Source of the DNA: an uncultured cyanobacterium
GTDB lineage: Bacteria > Cyanobacteriota > Cyanobacteriia > Pseudanabaenales > Pseudanabaenaceae
Assembly: GCA_963703315.1 (NCBI GenBank)
Contig: OY969811.1
Span: 2,496,001-2,560,000 of the forward strand
DNA: 64,000 nt
Direction of reading: 5' to 3'
This document shows, in pieces, positions 60,304 to 64,000 of the stretch; positions within the stretch are counted from its first letter, which is position 1, and every line of letters begins with the position of its first letter. Both the position numbers and the translations under genes were made by a program. The notes under the pieces are model-generated. The model did no database searches and was not told where the DNA came from. It saw nothing but the letters and a program-made list of their open reading frames with translations.

Positions 60304-60939
60304 ATGTATATCAAAATTTGCGGCATTACGAAACTCGATCAAGCCCAAGAGATCGCCCAAATGGGAGTGGATGCGATCGGTTTTATTTGCGTACCAGCTT
60401 CACCACGATATATCAGCAACTTAGCAATTGGTCAGATTAGCTCTAATTTAACAAAGTCGCTCGATTTAGTGGGGGTATTTCTCAATGCCAGTACGGCGGA
60501 AATTTGTGAAACTGTGCAGCAGGGTGGACTCAATGCTGTGCAGTTACATGGTGATGAATCTCCAGAATTTTGTCGTGAGGTGCGATCGCATTTAGATCAG
60601 ATCAAGCCGAACATTAAACTCATAAAAGCATTACGAGTGAAAGATCAAATTGGATTAGATCAAGCTCGATTATTTAGTGATGCTGTGGATGTAGTTCTGC
60701 TTGATGCTTACGATCCGCACCTAGCAGGAGGCACTGGCAAAACGATCGACTGGCAAATGTTGCGCGAATTTCGTCCCAATTGTGACTGGTGGTTAGCAGG
60801 AGGGCTATCACCTGAAAATGTGGAACAAGCGATCGCGTTAGTAAGTCCAACTGGCTTAGACGTATCCAGTGGGGTAGAACGTTCCGCAGGGGACAAAGAT
60901 CTATCTAAAGTTAGGAAATTTGTGGCGATCGCCAAATAA
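60304..60939 (+). CDS. trpF: Phosphoribosylanthranilate isomerase
   Basis: IKICGIT, VQLHGDE, GGTG, LAGGL and DVSSGVE. Confidence 0.95.
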   Translation: MYIKICGITKLDQAQEIAQMGVDAIGFICVPASPRYISNLAIGQISSNLTKSLDLVGVFLNASTAEICETVQQGGLNAVQLHGDESPEFCREVRSHLDQIKPNIKLIKALRVKDQIGLDQARLFSDAVDVVLLDAYDPHLAGGTGKTIDWQMLREFRPNCDWWLAGGLSPENVEQAIALVSPTGLDVSSGVERSAGDKDLSKVRKFVAIAK

Positions 60940-60940
60940 A

Positions 60941-60985
60941 GCCAAAAGCGAGTAGCGGTGCGAAGCGCCGCTACTCGCTTTTGGC
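60941..60985. repeat. Palindromic repeat after trpF
   Basis: gccaaaagcgagtagcggtgc-GAA-gcgccgctactcgcttttggc. Confidence 0.85.
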
Positions 60986-61083
60986 AAGCAATAAACGCGA
61001 TAAAATAGATCAAGGAGCTAATTCACGTTGGTTTGCGTCAAGAAAATTAGGCAAACCTTAGTCAACGTTGAGGAGCAAAAATT

Positions 61084-61680
61084 ATGAAACTTCCAGTTTT
61101 AAATAAAAGTACTTGGTTCGGGCTTGTGGCGGTTGCTGTAGTCGGGGGCGCTGGTGCAGCAGTGCTAATCAATGGCACGTTTAATAATCAACCCAATCCC
61201 CAATCATCTGCCCCAGCCTCGATCAATCAAGTTACCCAATCTCCACCTGCGACTAGAGCCGTAGATGGTCAGTTGGCAGTGTATTGGATTGAATCCAAAC
61301 AAAATAAACTGATTGCTGTGCCGATCGCTGTCAAAGCCAAGAGTAATGATGAGGCGATCGCTACGGTAATTAACACTTTAATAGCCGAAAAGCCGCCTGA
61401 ATCCGAGCTTTATAGCGCCATTCCTGCCAATACTAAGGTTTTGAGTGCTGCAACGAAAAACAAGGAAATTCGCCTGAATTTATCGAAAGACTTTACTAAG
61501 GGTGGTGGATCGGCTTCGATGCAAGGACGCATTATTCAGGTTTTATACACAGCTACTAGTCTCGAACCTGACGCAAAAGTATTTTTGTCCGTTGAAGGTA
61601 AACCTCTCAAATATATTGGTGGTGAAGGTTTAGAAGTACCGCAACCGATGACACGTAAAGATTTTGCGCTAGAGTTTTAA
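61084..61680 (+). CDS. GerMN-domain membrane-anchored protein
   Basis: SAIPANTKVL, LSKDFTKGGGSASM and QVLYTATS. Confidence 0.85.
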   Translation: MKLPVLNKSTWFGLVAVAVVGGAGAAVLINGTFNNQPNPQSSAPASINQVTQSPPATRAVDGQLAVYWIESKQNKLIAVPIAVKAKSNDEAIATVINTLIAEKPPESELYSAIPANTKVLSAATKNKEIRLNLSKDFTKGGGSASMQGRIIQVLYTATSLEPDAKVFLSVEGKPLKYIGGEGLEVPQPMTRKDFALEF

Positions 61681-61738
61681 TGACGTGCGTTGCACATTTG
61701 CACATCATTAAAACAAAACAAAACATTTTTAGTTAATT

Positions 61739-63316
61739 ATGCCGCCGATCAAATTGCCTGACCTTTTGCCTGATATTGACAGCCTAAGTCTGATTGAGCA
61801 AGTCTCGCAAATGCTAGTGGTGCGTACCTGTGGGATGTTGTATGACCATCAGATTCAATATCCACAATGGGAATTGCCCAATGCTGCTTTAAAAACTCTG
61901 ATCGGTGAATATGGTGTCGGCGGCGTAATTTTACTTGGTGGCAGTGCTGCGGAAATTGCTTTAAAAACTCAACAAATGCAGTCATGGGCAAAAGTGCCAT
62001 TACTGATTGCGGCGGATATTGAAGAAGGCGTGGGACAGCGCTTTAGCGGCGCAACATGGTTTCCGCCACCAATGGCTTTACAAGAAGTGGTGATGAAATA
62101 TGCCGAAGATATGGGCAGAATTACGGCTGAGGAAGCTCTGGCGATCGGCATCAATTGGCTGCTTGCGCCGATTGTCGATGTGAATAATAATCCTGAAAAC
62201 CCTGTGATCAACGTACGGGCTTTTGGGATTACCGTCGGTGAGGTGATGGGGGCAACGCGAGGTTTTATTGCAGGAGCCAAGCAATATCCTGTACTGACGA
62301 CGGCGAAGCATTTTCCTGGACATGGTGATACCTCCGTGGATTCGCACTTGCAGACCCCGACCCTGACTCACGATCGCCAACGATTTGATAATGTCGAGTT
62401 TCCGCCTTTCATCAATGCGATCGCCGCAGGGGTGGATGCCGTAATGAGCGCCCATATTTTTGTGCCAGAACTCGATCCGCAAAATATTGCCACGTTGTCA
62501 CCGCATATTCTCACAGATATTTTGCGAAATGAATTGGGCTTTGAAGGTCTCATTAGCACCGATGCCCTGATCATGTCAGGTGTAGCCAATTTGGCGAGTC
62601 CTGAAGCGATCGCCGTGCAAGCAGTCAAAGCTGGTGCAGATATTTTGTTAATGCCCGTTGACCCGATCGCTACGATTCACGCGGTATGTACTGCGGTAGA
62701 GTCGGGGGAAATTAGCCGCGATCGTATTCGTGCATCAGTACAACGGATTTGGAAAGCCAAACAAAAGGTATGTGGCATTCCTAACGATTTGAGCAAACTG
62801 GGTAATCCTAAGAATATGGAAGTTGCTAAGGAGATAGCGACAAAAGCAATTAGCGTATACTCGACAATCCCAGATCTACAATCACGCGATCGCCCAAGTT
62901 CCTTAGTCAAGAATTATCTAAATTTAATCATTGTCGATGACCCGCTTACCTGTACCGAATTTCTCAACGCGCGATCGCCTGCGGTGTTGCTGCCCAAAAA
63001 CAAGAATTATCAGCGTATAGTTGCCGATGGACTAACCCTCGCCAATTTGCAATGCGATCGCTTTGCCCATATATTTATGCAAATTTTTAGCCGAGGCAAT
63101 CCCTTTCGCGGTAGTACGAATCTGCATGAACAGACTCTCAAGTTAGTCCAAGATCTATTAACAGAGAATAAACTCGAAGCGATCGTTGTCTATGGTAGTC
63201 CCTACGCTTTGGATCAATTTTTACCAATTTTGCCACCAACGATACCTTGGGGCTTTGCCTATAGTCAGCAACCAGAAGCACAGACAAAGGTTTTACAAAA
63301 ATTAGGATTTGGATAA
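61739..63316 (+). CDS. Glycoside hydrolase family 3 (NagZ-like beta-N-acetylhexosaminidase)
   Basis: KHFPGHGDTSVDSH, ADIEEG and STDAL. Confidence 0.88.
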   Translation: MPPIKLPDLLPDIDSLSLIEQVSQMLVVRTCGMLYDHQIQYPQWELPNAALKTLIGEYGVGGVILLGGSAAEIALKTQQMQSWAKVPLLIAADIEEGVGQRFSGATWFPPPMALQEVVMKYAEDMGRITAEEALAIGINWLLAPIVDVNNNPENPVINVRAFGITVGEVMGATRGFIAGAKQYPVLTTAKHFPGHGDTSVDSHLQTPTLTHDRQRFDNVEFPPFINAIAAGVDAVMSAHIFVPELDPQNIATLSPHILTDILRNELGFEGLISTDALIMSGVANLASPEAIAVQAVKAGADILLMPVDPIATIHAVCTAVESGEISRDRIRASVQRIWKAKQKVCGIPNDLSKLGNPKNMEVAKEIATKAISVYSTIPDLQSRDRPSSLVKNYLNLIIVDDPLTCTEFLNARSPAVLLPKNKNYQRIVADGLTLANLQCDRFAHIFMQIFSRGNPFRGSTNLHEQTLKLVQDLLTENKLEAIVVYGSPYALDQFLPILPPTIPWGFAYSQQPEAQTKVLQKLGFG

Positions 63317-63324
63317 AGCCAGTT

Positions 63325-63990
63325 ATGGCAAATTTATTGCGAGCAAATTTACTTAAGTTAATCTTGATTGCAGCGCTCACAACATTAACGTTATGGTCGT
63401 GCAGTCCTCTCTTTTTTAAAAATTCATCTTCACAACAACCTAAACCTCCAGAAAATATCACAATTCCACCAATTGCCAATATTGTTCCTAAAGACAGCCA
63501 ACCAGAACGGCTGCCTGATGCCCCCTATCTGCAAACTCCTGATGAAGCTGTGATTAAAATGCTGGAGATGGCACAGGTAAGAGCAAATGATGTTGTTTAC
63601 GATCTCGGTAGTGGCAATGGCAAAATTGTGATTGCGGCGGCTCAGAAGTTTGGAGCCAAGGCGATCGGCATTGAAATTGATCCTGAATTAATCAGGGAAT
63701 CCGAGCGCGAATTAAAAGCAGCGATCGCTAAAACCCCCGAAATTCGCGATCAGATTAAGTTTATCAAACAAGATCTTTTTAAATCAGATTTAAATGACGC
63801 TACGGTAATTACACTCTATTTACTGCCACAGGCAAATCTGCGAGTACGTTCCGAAATTCTACCTAAATTAAAATCAGGAACGCGAATAGTTTCATATAAA
63901 TACGATTTGGGAGACTTAGCTGCGAAACAAATTCAAAAAATCAAAATCGGCGATCAAGAACATCCCATTTATCAATGGATTTTAAATTAG
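63325..63990 (+). CDS. Class I SAM-dependent methyltransferase, possibly exported
   Basis: PYLQTP, YDLGSGNG, GIEID and TVITLYLLP; N-terminal hydrophobic segment with Cys. Confidence 0.85.
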   Translation: MANLLRANLLKLILIAALTTLTLWSCSPLFFKNSSSQQPKPPENITIPPIANIVPKDSQPERLPDAPYLQTPDEAVIKMLEMAQVRANDVVYDLGSGNGKIVIAAAQKFGAKAIGIEIDPELIRESERELKAAIAKTPEIRDQIKFIKQDLFKSDLNDATVITLYLLPQANLRVRSEILPKLKSGTRIVSYKYDLGDLAAKQIQKIKIGDQEHPIYQWILN

Positions 63991-64000
63991 TAAACTAAAT

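Larger units (their letters stand above)
1..64000. repeat. HIP1 octamer GCGATCGC dispersed throughout
   Basis: Occurs repeatedly in most genes (for example near 972, 3782, 8788, 34870, 60160). Not counted exactly. Confidence 0.95.

Overview
Core-chromosome window of a filamentous cyanobacterium. HIP1 octamer GCGATCGC is very frequent, and psbA and a SepJ-like gene are present; a Pseudanabaena-like host is my inference. It holds about 55 CDSs, mostly housekeeping (murC/murB, psbA, rpmI/rplT, lpxB, sdhB, trpF, moaC, tsaE, tatA, guaD, fcl), plus tRNA-Ser(GGA). No CRISPR array, rRNA or transposase is visible. Main points of interest: (1) a LOV + DXCF-cyanobacteriochrome histidine kinase followed by a REC-GGDEF-EAL gene; (2) a modular family of intergenic palindromes with GC-(R)NA-GC triloop cores inside several TA-flanked terminal-repeat shells, including a nested 218-bp MITE with a 6-bp duplication and an empty-site copy in the same window; (3) an NTT/HEAT transporter - cNMP-binding protein - sepJ gene string; (4) a TPR-M48 protein that has lost its zinc-binding residues; (5) in-frame palindrome insertions in a UvrD-like helicase and a PabB/TrpE-like gene; (6) an FHA-like exoprotein with an 822-bp internal duplication next to a TPR-CHAT protease. 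All functional calls come from motif recognition by eye, without database searches.
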